A stretch of 49,440 nt of DNA from a virus, in the IMG/VR virus record IMGVR_UViG_3300009446_000003, positions 1-49,440 of that record; one strand, given 5' to 3'. The notes beneath the pieces are model-generated. The model saw only the letters and a program-made list of their open reading frames with translations, was not told where the DNA came from and did not search any database. This document shows positions 23,073 through 33,101 of this stretch, piece by piece. The stretch's first letter is position 1, and the number at the start of each line of letters is the position of its first letter. Position numbers and translations under genes: made by a program.

Positions 23073-23909
23073 TTGAAAGCTAAAAAGCGTCATAAGAGAG
23101 TTTATAAAAGTATAGACACTAGTTTTGATACACTAGATAAGATTTTAGCAAAAATGATTGAAGGTGTTTTAGATGATACTGACAGAATCAATAATGATGA
23201 TTCAGTAACAAAAAAAACAAATGCAATAAATGCAATAAAATTCAAGAAAGGTGTATTCGATGAACTTTTGAAAACATTTTCAGATGGTGCTAAAGATGTA
23301 AGTGACAATGTAGAAAAATATTTCATAAGGGTTAGTGGCAAGAAGAAGAAAGACAAAAAGAAGATTTACAAAAAATACTCTAATCTTCAACTAGATAGTA
23401 AATCTTTTCTAAAAAAAATAAAGAAAGCTTTACTTGCCAAAATTGGAACGGAATTTACAAGGCAAATAGTAAACAAAACGCTTACTACTGTTTTTGATAG
23501 GTTTGCAATGGATACAAAGGCAGGTATTCAAAATGATCTATTGAAAATTGACCGTGAGCAGTCAAAAGAATTAGCTTCAAAATACAAGCTTAATTATGTA
23601 AGGTATCAAGGTGGTAGAATTAAATATTCAAGGGATTTTTGTATTGAAAGAAATGGAAAAGTTTTTCATATTGAAGAAATGAAAAAGTTTGGAACCCCAT
23701 TGGATGCATTTAATGGATATACAGACAAGGAAAACGGTGTATTCAATGGAAAATGGAAAGGTGCAAAACTAAATGTTTACTATGGTGGTTCTGGTTATGA
23801 TCCTTTGACGGACTTAGGTTGTTATAACTGCATACACTTCTTAGACTATCTGCCAAGATCAAGGGCGATTAAGATTCGTCCAGAACTGGAATTGTTATAC
23901 GATGATTGA
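23073..23909 (+). CDS. Head morphogenesis / minor capsid protein (SPP1 gp7 / Mu F-like)
   Basis: Position after the portal candidate. C-terminal YSRDFCIERNGKVFHIEE ... GCYNCIHFL resembles D.rvR..C..l.G.vf / NCRC motifs. Apparent TTG start at 23073 (next ATG at 23154). Confidence 0.55.
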   Translation: MKAKKRHKRVYKSIDTSFDTLDKILAKMIEGVLDDTDRINNDDSVTKKTNAINAIKFKKGVFDELLKTFSDGAKDVSDNVEKYFIRVSGKKKKDKKKIYKKYSNLQLDSKSFLKKIKKALLAKIGTEFTRQIVNKTLTTVFDRFAMDTKAGIQNDLLKIDREQSKELASKYKLNYVRYQGGRIKYSRDFCIERNGKVFHIEEMKKFGTPLDAFNGYTDKENGVFNGKWKGAKLNVYYGGSGYDPLTDLGCYNCIHFLDYLPRSRAIKIRPELELLYDD

Positions 23910-24414
23910 CATGAAAGAATATGCTAGTGGGTTTGTGGATTTCATAAACTGGTTTAATGACAATAAAATTGCCTTAGTCATTGAAGCATGTTTTATATTA
24001 AGCGATGAAACTAAGCAGCGTGTTATAAATACTTCAAAAAATGCAAAAGGTGGTGACATAGGAGATTATTCAGAAGATTACTATAATATAAAAAATGCAA
24101 AAAACAGAATTAACCCAACACTAGAAAGAAAAATTGATTATTCAGACACAAGGGAAATGTATGAAACTGTTTTTCCTCGAATTGAAAGTTTTGTAAACAA
24201 TAGAATTATTGTAAGTATAAAGGCTGATGACAGTGTAAGGCGTGACGGCTCAGGATTGACGAACGCTGAAGTTATGAAGTTTCTTGAAATGCTGACAGAC
24301 AGAGGTAAACATAACGGTTATCCTATAGAATTTTCTTTAGAACAAAATGAAGCGACAACAAAATATATAATAGAGCAATTGCATATGAAAATGCGCGAGT
24401 TTGGTATTGCATAA
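23902..24414 (+). CDS. Hypothetical structural-module protein
   Basis: 170-aa ORF with an 8-nt overlap with the upstream gene. Confidence 0.5.
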   Translation: MIDMKEYASGFVDFINWFNDNKIALVIEACFILSDETKQRVINTSKNAKGGDIGDYSEDYYNIKNAKNRINPTLERKIDYSDTREMYETVFPRIESFVNNRIIVSIKADDSVRRDGSGLTNAEVMKFLEMLTDRGKHNGYPIEFSLEQNEATTKYIIEQLHMKMREFGIA

Positions 24415-24431
24415 ACAAATAAACAAATATT

Positions 24432-25010
24432 ATGATAAAGCAAGTATTAAATAGAATTGAATTTCAATCAAAAATCTTTAAAGACATTCCATTTGCTTAT
24501 GAAGCAAAAGACGATGACGGCTTATTGTGGGCAATAACTCATGACGATCTTGATAAATGCATGGAATATGTTTTCCAAGCTAAAAAACTTACCCCTAAAT
24601 CAAACGTTGAATATACATATTGGTTTAGTGAAACAGGCTCAATAAGGGGGGCAAACAATACTTTGGACCCAATGTATCAAAATAGTGATAAGATTGCTCA
24701 GATTAGGTTTTTTATGTGGTATAACTCGAAATGCTTCAACTATGGACATGAACAAGTTAAGACCGAACTAATGATTGAATTTGAAACAAAAATGATAACA
24801 CCACGAAAAACAGAGGTGTCTGACATTGTTATAGAGTCATATCAACAAACTCTTAATTATTACAATAGGTTTGCAAGATTTGCAAAGCGTCCAGATATTA
24901 CACGAAAACCATATGATATTTTAAGTTTCATTTTTACAATAAAGTTCGATCCTAATTGCTATAAATCAAAAGATGTATTAACTTTATCAAAAAAAGCAAA
25001 CAAATGTTAA
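24432..25010 (+). CDS. Hypothetical structural-module protein (a tail tube or connector role is possible from position only)
   Basis: 192-aa ORF preceded by AAACAAATAAACAAATATT. Confidence 0.45.
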   Translation: MIKQVLNRIEFQSKIFKDIPFAYEAKDDDGLLWAITHDDLDKCMEYVFQAKKLTPKSNVEYTYWFSETGSIRGANNTLDPMYQNSDKIAQIRFFMWYNSKCFNYGHEQVKTELMIEFETKMITPRKTEVSDIVIESYQQTLNYYNRFARFAKRPDITRKPYDILSFIFTIKFDPNCYKSKDVLTLSKKANKC

Positions 25011-25444
25011 TTAAATATTTAAACAAACAAATAAACATTTATTTAAATGAAATTATTCGCATAACGGATATAGTTCGCAGTAAGTTCCTTAATAAGAATG
25101 TCTTAATTGTGATAGTATCATTTTGCACGGTTTATTCTTGTATCTATTTTTTGAGATTTAAGTATTACAATTTCATTAAGTCAATTGTAGTTATTCACTC
25201 ATGCGGTTATGTATTTAAGTACTTACTTGAATCATCATTTTCAAGGATAACACAAGCTTATCAAGATTCATTCAATAATATTTTTGGAAAAAAATCAAAG
25301 GTGTTCATACTTAAATTACTTGAATGTGATATATGCATAAGCGGTCAATTATTATTATTCTGGTTAATAGTTAATTCATACAGTCCATTGATTAGTTGCC
25401 TTTATGTTTATTTGTTTATTTATAAAAGAAAAGAAAATGTCTAA
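25004..25444 (+). CDS. Hypothetical membrane protein (about 3 TM helices)
   Basis: ATGTTAA overlap with the upstream stop codon. Hydrophobic segments VLIVIVSFCTVYSCIYFL and GQLLLFWLIVNSY. Its coding status is the least certain in this block. Confidence 0.35.
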   Translation: MLIKYLNKQINIYLNEIIRITDIVRSKFLNKNVLIVIVSFCTVYSCIYFLRFKYYNFIKSIVVIHSCGYVFKYLLESSFSRITQAYQDSFNNIFGKKSKVFILKLLECDICISGQLLLFWLIVNSYSPLISCLYVYLFIYKRKENV

Positions 25445-26009
25445 AAAGTACAGTCCAGTAATACAATTGAAACAAGATCAAAAATCTTTCAAGATAGATA
25501 ATGTTACCTATACCATTGAACCACTTCAAATGAGTTTCGAGAGAAAATCTAATTACATGGCATTGATGCCACTTGCTATGTTTGGCAATGATACATTAGG
25601 TATGTTGAAATATTTTTTTGAAATGGAAAAAATCATGGAGGAGCATTCAGGTAATAATCAAATGATGATTGTTAAGCTATCTAAGATAATCAAGAGTGTA
25701 ACAACATCTTGTGATTTTAGAGATGTTGAGGAACAGGAAAAGGCACTAAAAAGAATTAAGGATAACATGCATGTCCTTTATGATTGTGGAGCTTATGCGA
25801 TATTTAGCGAGAATGAAGATCCAAAAAAATTAATTCAATCTGTTCATGACGCTAAAGTTGAGCTTTTTAAAAAACATATATCAGTTGATAGTTTTTTTTT
25901 ATGGTTAATTGGACAAACGCCTACATATCCAATTATATATCAGCTTTATTTGACGAACCAGCTAGAGATAGAAAAAAAGAAGATACACAAGGATATGACA
26001 CAGATTTAA
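25437..26009 (+). CDS. Tail assembly chaperone (gpG-like, zero-frame product)
   Basis: Located immediately upstream of the tape measure gene. Overlapped in the -1 frame by 25892..26281, with a T9 slippery run. Confidence 0.55.
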   Translation: MSKKYSPVIQLKQDQKSFKIDNVTYTIEPLQMSFERKSNYMALMPLAMFGNDTLGMLKYFFEMEKIMEEHSGNNQMMIVKLSKIIKSVTTSCDFRDVEEQEKALKRIKDNMHVLYDCGAYAIFSENEDPKKLIQSVHDAKVELFKKHISVDSFFLWLIGQTPTYPIIYQLYLTNQLEIEKKKIHKDMTQI

Positions 26010-26281
26010 TGATACCATATAAGTATATTGATTTTTGGAAAAATAGACGAAAAAAAATAAACGGAGAAGAAAGATATAGCGTTGAATCAGTTCCATTAAC
26101 AATAAAACAAAACTTATTATTTATGATTGGTTCAATGTGTGATTGGTGCAATTATACCATAACTGAACTTAAACAATTGCCATTAGCTGAATTAATGATG
26201 ATAAAAAAAGATTGCATGAACTCGCAAGAAATGGAACGTAAAAGACTGCAAGACTTGCAAGCAAAAAATAAAAAGGGTTGA
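25437..26281 (+). CDS. Tail assembly chaperone -1 frameshift fusion (gpGT-like); slip at the T9 run 25892-25900
   Basis: The zero frame reads AGT TTT TTT TTA. The -1 frame is open from 25892 (TAG at 25889-25891 closes it upstream) and runs to 26281, ending 28 nt before the tape measure start. Confidence 0.5.
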
Positions 26282-26309
26282 TTATATTTAAATAAATAAA
26301 TGTTTGTTT

Positions 26310-29042
26310 ATGGATGGTTTTACAGAAATTGGTGGTAAGTATAGTTTTGATGCTAGTGAGTTTCTTAACGCATTTGACCTAATGGCAGGTGCGCAACTTT
26401 TGCATGTAAAACTTAGCGAACAGGCAATTGATAAATCGCAAGAACAAACAAAGGAGCTTGAAGATCAAGCCAAAGAAACCAAGAAACTTAGTGGAGAAGT
26501 AAAAGACTTGATAGGAGATTATAAGATTTTCGGAGTTTCAATAAATGATATATCTGAAAAATATGACACTAACAAAAAGAAGATACTTGATACAGTTTCA
26601 GCTATTAAGCTAATAGTTACAGGGCAAAAAGCAGCAGCAGTAAGTACAGGTGTTTGGTCAAATTCCTTGAAGTTTTTAAGGCTTGCAATAATTGGAACAG
26701 GTCTTGGTGCTTTTATAATTGCATTTGGTTCATTATTGACATTTTTAACAAGAACAACAAAAGGGACTGAGGCACTTGCTAGAGTAATGAGGCCAATTGG
26801 TGAGATATTTCAAACTATTATTGGACAGATAGAAAATCTAGGTGAAGGATTGTTTGATTTTTTAACAAGCGGTGATAGTGTAGAAAAGAAATTTGTTGAT
26901 ATTGGTCAAGCCATTCTTGATAATATTACAAACCGATTTATCGCAATACCCAAAATTGGTTCACAAGTATTTTCAATACTTGGAGATATTGTAAAAGGTT
27001 TTGCAGAAAAAGCAAAAGTTGATCTTGCAAAACTTCCTATACTAGGTAACTTCTTAGATGTTTCAGAAAGTGAAGAAAAAATAAAAAAGTCGCAAGAAAA
27101 TATAATTGAAGGATTCAAGGAATTGTCTGCATTGACTGGACAGGCAATAACAGGCATTGATTCGGAAAGAATAAAGGATATTGCAGTTCAAACAGTTGAG
27201 ATAATAAAAGAAGCATCGGCAAGGGGTTCAAGCTTGGCAGCTTTACAGGCGCAAATCGCAAGAGGTAGAATTGATCTTATAAAAACTGAAGGTCAAATAA
27301 TTCAAGAAATAAAGGAGAATAAAAAGATAGTTGAAGATACAACAAACTCTTTAAAAGACAGAGAATCTGCTTCAGTAAAAGCAACTGAAGCAGCCGACAG
27401 ATTAGCACAGGCAAGGGCTAGACAGGCAAATCTTGAATTAAGATATTTGAATTTAAGTGCAGAAGCAAATGCAACAAGCTTAGACGGGTTAGAGGAAATT
27501 GCTAACAAGGAAAGAGAGCTTATTGATATAGAGAATGAGCGCATTGACCTACAAACAGAATTAGGTGTCAAACTTAATGAATTAAGAGCGCAAGACAAAG
27601 CAGCTAGAGAAGAAGCTCAAAAGCAAATTGACGAATTTAAAGCAGCTTTTGACGAATTGCTGTTCGCTGCTAGTATATCAGAGAACATAAACCCGTTAGA
27701 AGCTCTAGGGCGAGATTTTGAAAGAAACATTGTTATACTAAGAGCAGAGCAAGCGGAGTTTTTGAAAATGGCAATTGCAGCAGGTGCAACAGAAGAACAG
27801 ATTTTAAAAATAAATAATGCATTTGATGTATTAGCTAAAAAAATATCTGAAGATTTTAGGCGAAATGCATTTGAAGGATTTGAAAGATTACCAACATTGG
27901 AGATTGAGACGGATGTTAAGATTGAAGATGTAGGCGAGACATTCAGGAAAGCTATACAGAAACTTGGAACCTTCGATGATCCAACAAGTGAAAGAGTATT
28001 GAGTAATTACTTAGAGGGATTGGGAGCGTTTAGTGCAGATGAAATATCAAAGTATTTAGATGGTGTGTTTGGTGACCCGTTTGAGATTCGCCTAAAACCT
28101 AAATATGTTGTTGAGGATGATCCAGAAGGTGATGCACTTACTGGTCTTCAGAAAATAATTGATGAATTAGATTTGGACTTTGAAAAAGTGTTTACGGAGG
28201 TGCTACCAAAGACACTAGATTTTATTGGAGAAATTACAGAATTTCAATTAGAAGAATTAGATAAGTTAATTGATGCACAGCAAGATAGATTAGATGGTTT
28301 GTCAGAAGATTTGGAATATAATCAAGAATTAAACAGAAGGGGCTTAGAAAATAATCTTAGTGATATTCAATCTAATTTTGATAGGCAAATTGAAATACAA
28401 GATGATTACTTGCAAAAGAAAGAAAAGCTCGAAAAAAGAGCAGCAATAGCAAAACAACTAAGCGAGGGTATTTCTACGGCTGCAAGTCTTACTAGTTCAT
28501 TCGCTTCGGTTTTTTCTGCTGTTGGAATCACGGGACCATTCGCACCGATTATTGCGGCTGGTATAATTTCAGCATTACTGGCACTTCTTAAATCTTCAGT
28601 TAAAAAAGGTCTTTCATCATTTTGGGATGGAACAGAAGGACGTTTAAAAGACGAAGATTTAAGCCCAATGTCAGTTGGTAGAGACGGGTATGTAGTAAAT
28701 GCAGATGGTAGCGAAGCTATATTCAAAGGTTCTGATGTTAATGAAATGGAGAAGTCAATGGGTAGTAAATTTTCAAATAGGGGTTACTTGGATTATGTAA
28801 AAGATTTGGAAAATAAACGATACTTGAATACTTCAAAAGAATCTTTAATGATTCAATACAATTATCAAAATCAAGACAATGAGTATATTGAGATGTCATA
28901 TAATGAACTTGTTAAAATTTCAAAAACAAATTCAGCTATACTTGAATTGACAGGGGTTACAACAATACAAAATGAAGATGGTTCTTTTACATTTATTTCG
29001 AGCGATAAAAAAACAGTTAGAAATATTCAATTTTCAAATTAA
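26310..29042 (+). CDS. Tail tape measure protein
   Basis: 911 aa, long coiled-coil segments, hydrophobic helices (LRLAIIGTGLGAFIIAFGSLLTFL; GPFAPIIAAGIISALLALL). Position after the G/GT pair. ATG at 26310 preferred over TTG at 26304. Confidence 0.8.
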   Translation: MDGFTEIGGKYSFDASEFLNAFDLMAGAQLLHVKLSEQAIDKSQEQTKELEDQAKETKKLSGEVKDLIGDYKIFGVSINDISEKYDTNKKKILDTVSAIKLIVTGQKAAAVSTGVWSNSLKFLRLAIIGTGLGAFIIAFGSLLTFLTRTTKGTEALARVMRPIGEIFQTIIGQIENLGEGLFDFLTSGDSVEKKFVDIGQAILDNITNRFIAIPKIGSQVFSILGDIVKGFAEKAKVDLAKLPILGNFLDVSESEEKIKKSQENIIEGFKELSALTGQAITGIDSERIKDIAVQTVEIIKEASARGSSLAALQAQIARGRIDLIKTEGQIIQEIKENKKIVEDTTNSLKDRESASVKATEAADRLAQARARQANLELRYLNLSAEANATSLDGLEEIANKERELIDIENERIDLQTELGVKLNELRAQDKAAREEAQKQIDEFKAAFDELLFAASISENINPLEALGRDFERNIVILRAEQAEFLKMAIAAGATEEQILKINNAFDVLAKKISEDFRRNAFEGFERLPTLEIETDVKIEDVGETFRKAIQKLGTFDDPTSERVLSNYLEGLGAFSADEISKYLDGVFGDPFEIRLKPKYVVEDDPEGDALTGLQKIIDELDLDFEKVFTEVLPKTLDFIGEITEFQLEELDKLIDAQQDRLDGLSEDLEYNQELNRRGLENNLSDIQSNFDRQIEIQDDYLQKKEKLEKRAAIAKQLSEGISTAASLTSSFASVFSAVGITGPFAPIIAAGIISALLALLKSSVKKGLSSFWDGTEGRLKDEDLSPMSVGRDGYVVNADGSEAIFKGSDVNEMEKSMGSKFSNRGYLDYVKDLENKRYLNTSKESLMIQYNYQNQDNEYIEMSYNELVKISKTNSAILELTGVTTIQNEDGSFTFISSDKKTVRNIQFSN

Positions 29043-30875
29043 ATGTATAAATATATAGCTAAACATAATGATGTTGATTTAGGTGAATTTTGTCCTTTGC
29101 TTGATAGTGATAAAAGTATTCCAAATTTCAAGTTTGAACAATTTGAAAAAGAGTGCTTTTCTATACTTAAAATGCTAGATAAATTCTGTATAGTTCGTTC
29201 TGATAATACAGAATTTTACGACTTGATTTGTTCTCATATATCTGATGATTGTGATTGTGAAGAATACTGCATTGATATATTGATGTGTTGCAAAAATGAA
29301 TACAAGAAATTTTTAACAATATATTTCTCAAATAGAGATATTAATTTAGTAAAAGGAACAAATTATTTAAAAGTTAGAGAATTTAAATCTAAGTCACCTT
29401 ATGATAAACTTATAAATAATTGGAAAAATAAAGTTAACTTCTTTGATTCTGGAATTAGAAGAAAAATAAAAGTTTATTGTGGAGAAATTGAATTAATTAA
29501 TTGTTTAATGCCTGATACTGTTACAGTTGGTTTGCCCTATACAACATATATAGATAATTGTATTCCTCAAAATGCTGGATTTACAGTTGTTGAACATAAT
29601 ATATTTAGTAGAGCCAGAAACATAGACACGCCAACGGTTATTACTACATTTGGAAATACTATTTGGGGTAGAGAATGCAAAACACAAAGCATAAAACCAA
29701 ATGGAAACGGTTGGATTCAAGATGGTTCAAAATGGTGTCGTCCATTACAAACAACATTAGTTAATTCTGATAATTCTATTTATTCAGATATAGATTTTGC
29801 CGAATCATTAATACAAAACTTTTCTTATCCATTGCAAAATGAAAATATTGATAGTGCAATTTCATTTAGTGACGTTATTTTAAATGCATTCCCTTGTAAA
29901 GACCAACCTTTTAAATCAAACTTTTTACAAATAAATGCAGACGGAACCAATCCCCAAAACAAAGCTTACGATTATTCAGACCTACACTATAAAGGACTTT
30001 ATTTTATACAGACTAGAGATGTATTTTTACTTGGAAGTAATCAAGGATTATTCTTTGAAATTTCATTCAAGCAACTTTACGAAGCACTTCAATGTATTTT
30101 TGAGGACCAGCTTTGCCTTTGGTTCGATGGTCAATGTTGGCGTTTAGAGCATTGTAGTTACAAAATAAGTAACGGATACTTTGATCTTAAAAATTCAAAG
30201 GAACCACTAGATACCGATTTTTTAGAATCAAGCTATATAGATGAATCAATATCTAAAAAGATTTTTGACAACTTAGGATACCGTAAGAGTCACAATTTCC
30301 AAATTGAATATGATGGTTGTGTTCCTGCAAAAAGTATAGAAAAGACATACAATTGCAATTTTATTTTGACCGATTTTTTAGAGATAGTAAGAATTAAATA
30401 CACTTATAATGATGAAACAAATGAAATTGAAACAGGATACGAATATGAAGACAATGATAGCGTTAATAATAGCTTGACTCTATTAGAAACATATGAAGAT
30501 TCTAATGGAGATTTATTTATTTCTGATGACAATACTTTGATAGCTGGAAATGGTATTAATTATTGCTTGTCACCTGCTGCAATAATTGAAAACATTACTT
30601 GTTTAAAACAGCCATATTGCAAAGGAACTGCTAAATGTATAATTCAGGATAATTCTGAGTTTTCAGAATTGCCAATAAATCAAATTGACGTTGATCTTGA
30701 ATTTGATATTGAAAAGATAAAAACAATTCCAATTGATTATGAATTTAGCTGTGAAGATATACTTTTGATAATACAAAGTCAAAAAAGCAATTTCTTGATT
30801 GACTGCGGATTTGGTGAGGTGAACGGCGATATTGATATAAATGGAACTTGTTTAAAAATGAAACTTAAAATATGA
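29043..30875 (+). CDS. Tail tip / distal tail or baseplate protein (Cys-rich)
   Basis: 610 aa; TAAATG junction with the tape measure stop codon; call based on position. Confidence 0.45.
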   Translation: MYKYIAKHNDVDLGEFCPLLDSDKSIPNFKFEQFEKECFSILKMLDKFCIVRSDNTEFYDLICSHISDDCDCEEYCIDILMCCKNEYKKFLTIYFSNRDINLVKGTNYLKVREFKSKSPYDKLINNWKNKVNFFDSGIRRKIKVYCGEIELINCLMPDTVTVGLPYTTYIDNCIPQNAGFTVVEHNIFSRARNIDTPTVITTFGNTIWGRECKTQSIKPNGNGWIQDGSKWCRPLQTTLVNSDNSIYSDIDFAESLIQNFSYPLQNENIDSAISFSDVILNAFPCKDQPFKSNFLQINADGTNPQNKAYDYSDLHYKGLYFIQTRDVFLLGSNQGLFFEISFKQLYEALQCIFEDQLCLWFDGQCWRLEHCSYKISNGYFDLKNSKEPLDTDFLESSYIDESISKKIFDNLGYRKSHNFQIEYDGCVPAKSIEKTYNCNFILTDFLEIVRIKYTYNDETNEIETGYEYEDNDSVNNSLTLLETYEDSNGDLFISDDNTLIAGNGINYCLSPAAIIENITCLKQPYCKGTAKCIIQDNSEFSELPINQIDVDLEFDIEKIKTIPIDYEFSCEDILLIIQSQKSNFLIDCGFGEVNGDIDINGTCLKMKLKI

Positions 30876-31714
30876 TAAGTCAAATACATAATCTTATACC
30901 GTATTATGATTCACCAAAGGAATTTACTTTGTGTAATTGTCAAAATACTGAAACAACCGTAAGCATACACAAGAACTATACATTTAGTCAAGTTCTTGTG
31001 TTTGCTGGATTAACCAATCCTAGACAGGAAATTTTTTATTTGGTTAAGTACAATGCATGTTGCCAAATCATTTCAAAAACACCTATTGAACCGACTAGAA
31101 AGGGCGTTGTGATAAAAGGAAAGGATTACATTGTATTTGGTTTTAACACGAACATACTTCCTGTTGATTATGATGAAAATTGCTATTATGGTATAATGAT
31201 AGAAATGGCAATTATCAACCTTCTATTTCAAGAGCCATTTAAAATTACAAACGATATACCTAAATATGAATTTAAATACAGAATTTCAGATCAAGAAGCT
31301 TCAAAACTTGGTTGTTTTTCAGATGGATATTATCATACTGCATCTATACCTTATGGTTTAGTTAATCAAGGCAAGCCTATTGTGCAAACAAATGAGAAGC
31401 AAAACACAAAAGGAGAAAACAGAATTTTAAGCGGAACAATTCAAGGTGGGTATACTTTTTATTTCAGAGTAGATTGCTTTTCATACAATTCAATAAATGC
31501 ATTGAAATTATTTAATGACTTTTTGATTTGTTGTTATGATCCAAGTACTGAAAAACATGAGCCTTTGTATAAATTCAAATACATTGAACAACCAGAAATA
31601 GAATTGCCAACAAATTGCCAAAGACAGGAAGTTGCTATAAACTTTTATGGTGAAGCATGTTCTGTTTATCATGAAAAAAACGATTCAACATTTATTAACA
31701 AAACGCCTGAGTAA
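30872..31714 (+). CDS. Tail-associated structural protein (Cys-rich)
   Basis: 280 aa; ATGA overlap with the upstream gene. Confidence 0.4.
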   Translation: MISQIHNLIPYYDSPKEFTLCNCQNTETTVSIHKNYTFSQVLVFAGLTNPRQEIFYLVKYNACCQIISKTPIEPTRKGVVIKGKDYIVFGFNTNILPVDYDENCYYGIMIEMAIINLLFQEPFKITNDIPKYEFKYRISDQEASKLGCFSDGYYHTASIPYGLVNQGKPIVQTNEKQNTKGENRILSGTIQGGYTFYFRVDCFSYNSINALKLFNDFLICCYDPSTEKHEPLYKFKYIEQPEIELPTNCQRQEVAINFYGEACSVYHEKNDSTFINKTPE

Positions 31715-31716
31715 AA

Positions 31717-32127
31717 ATGAAAAAGGTAATTAGTTTTAAAAAAATAAAGATAAGTAAGAAATTCAAAAATCAATTATCTGACTTATCTAAAATATGCGCA
31801 TCAAGCATGCCCCCTGTTATGATTAATTTTCAAGTTCAAAAAGGAACTGATATGTTACTTAAAGGATTGTTTAAGTTTCAAGATAATGTAATTGATCCTA
31901 ATAAGGATTATGTTACCTATGATATTGGAGAATTAAAACCAGAATCAGTATTAGAGAATTTCTTGCAAATTGCCAATTTAAATTTGAACAATGGAAAATT
32001 GAAAAAACAAAATTTAGAATCATTTAGAAAATTAGATGACTATAGTTTTTTTATAGGCAAGCTGCATAATGATTTGAAACAATCAAACGATACTTATGAA
32101 GAACTTTGTAGAAAGAGCAATAATTGA
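31717..32127 (+). CDS. Hypothetical protein
   Basis: 136-aa ORF starting 2 nt after the upstream stop codon. Confidence 0.45.
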   Translation: MKKVISFKKIKISKKFKNQLSDLSKICASSMPPVMINFQVQKGTDMLLKGLFKFQDNVIDPNKDYVTYDIGELKPESVLENFLQIANLNLNNGKLKKQNLESFRKLDDYSFFIGKLHNDLKQSNDTYEELCRKSNN

Positions 32128-32317
32128 CAAGGTAAAAAAGCTAGATTTTGAACCTGCAATAGTTTATATATACGTTCGAGCTTGTATTGATAGTGGTGGA
32201 TGTAAAAGTATAAGGCAAGCTATATTTGTTTATTTAAAAGCAAATAATTTGTCTAATGAATCATTTAAAAGCAAGGAAAATATGTATAATAGGTTTTCCA
32301 AAACGGTAATGCCTTAA
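32096..32317 (+). CDS. Hypothetical small protein
   Basis: 73-aa ORF overlapping the upstream gene by 32 nt. Confidence 0.35.
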   Translation: MKNFVERAIIDKVKKLDFEPAIVYIYVRACIDSGGCKSIRQAIFVYLKANNLSNESFKSKENMYNRFSKTVMP

Positions 32318-32417
32318 AAATAGAGGTATTTTTTAGATGTTTGTTTATTTACATAGTTTATATTTGTATTGACAGAATAAATAAACAAATATTTAAACAA
32401 ACAAATATCTAAAAATT

Positions 32418-33059
32418 ATGGCAGGTGGAATTTATACAGGCTTAACTCAGCCTTCGGCTTTTAGCTTTGACTTAAAGCCAAAAAAAATTAAATATGCTGC
32501 TCTAAATAGTAGCATATGTACGCTTAGATTGCTTTTTTTAGAGAGCAATGTTTGTGGGATTTCTTTACCTAGTACTATAAGTGCATACACAAAAGAAGGT
32601 TTTGATTTAGTTACAAACTTGCCTGACCCTAATACCAATATAGTTCCAATTGACAGAGATAAATACTACTGTCTTAATGTAATAAATTCAAGCTTACCGA
32701 GAACTATAGAGTCACCATCATCTGCTTCAGATGAAAAGTATGAAGAAGGAGAGTCGCCAGCAAAATACACACTTGAAGGTGAATTTATTGATTATGAAAA
32801 CTACATGGAGTTTAGAAAGCTTGGTGATGGTTCTCATTGTGTAGCTGTTGTTGCAGAAACCAAAGGTTGTTGCATGGTTTATTCACAAGTAAATGCGGAT
32901 GGTACTGTATCGCCATTAATCGGAAGTATAAAAATAGGTTGGGATGGATTGCCTTATGGTGGTACTAAAACGGTTCCATTTATAATTGATTGGACATCTA
33001 AAGTGAAGCCTTCTGTTACTCGCTCGGTGTTTTGTGATGATGATTGCTATGTAAATTAA
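32418..33059 (+). CDS. Hypothetical structural protein
   Basis: 213-aa ORF preceded by AAATAAACAAATATTTAAACAAACAAATATCTAAAAATT. Confidence 0.5.
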   Translation: MAGGIYTGLTQPSAFSFDLKPKKIKYAALNSSICTLRLLFLESNVCGISLPSTISAYTKEGFDLVTNLPDPNTNIVPIDRDKYYCLNVINSSLPRTIESPSSASDEKYEEGESPAKYTLEGEFIDYENYMEFRKLGDGSHCVAVVAETKGCCMVYSQVNADGTVSPLIGSIKIGWDGLPYGGTKTVPFIIDWTSKVKPSVTRSVFCDDDCYVN

Positions 33060-33101
33060 TTCTTTCTTTTTATAAACAAATAAATAAATAAACATTTAAT
33101 T

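Noticed and set aside
32340-32366. Promoter TTTG...TATATTTG upstream of 32418
   Set aside because: The -7 box is perfect, but the spacer to the only upstream TTTG is 15 nt, outside the 19-21-nt window used for the other calls.
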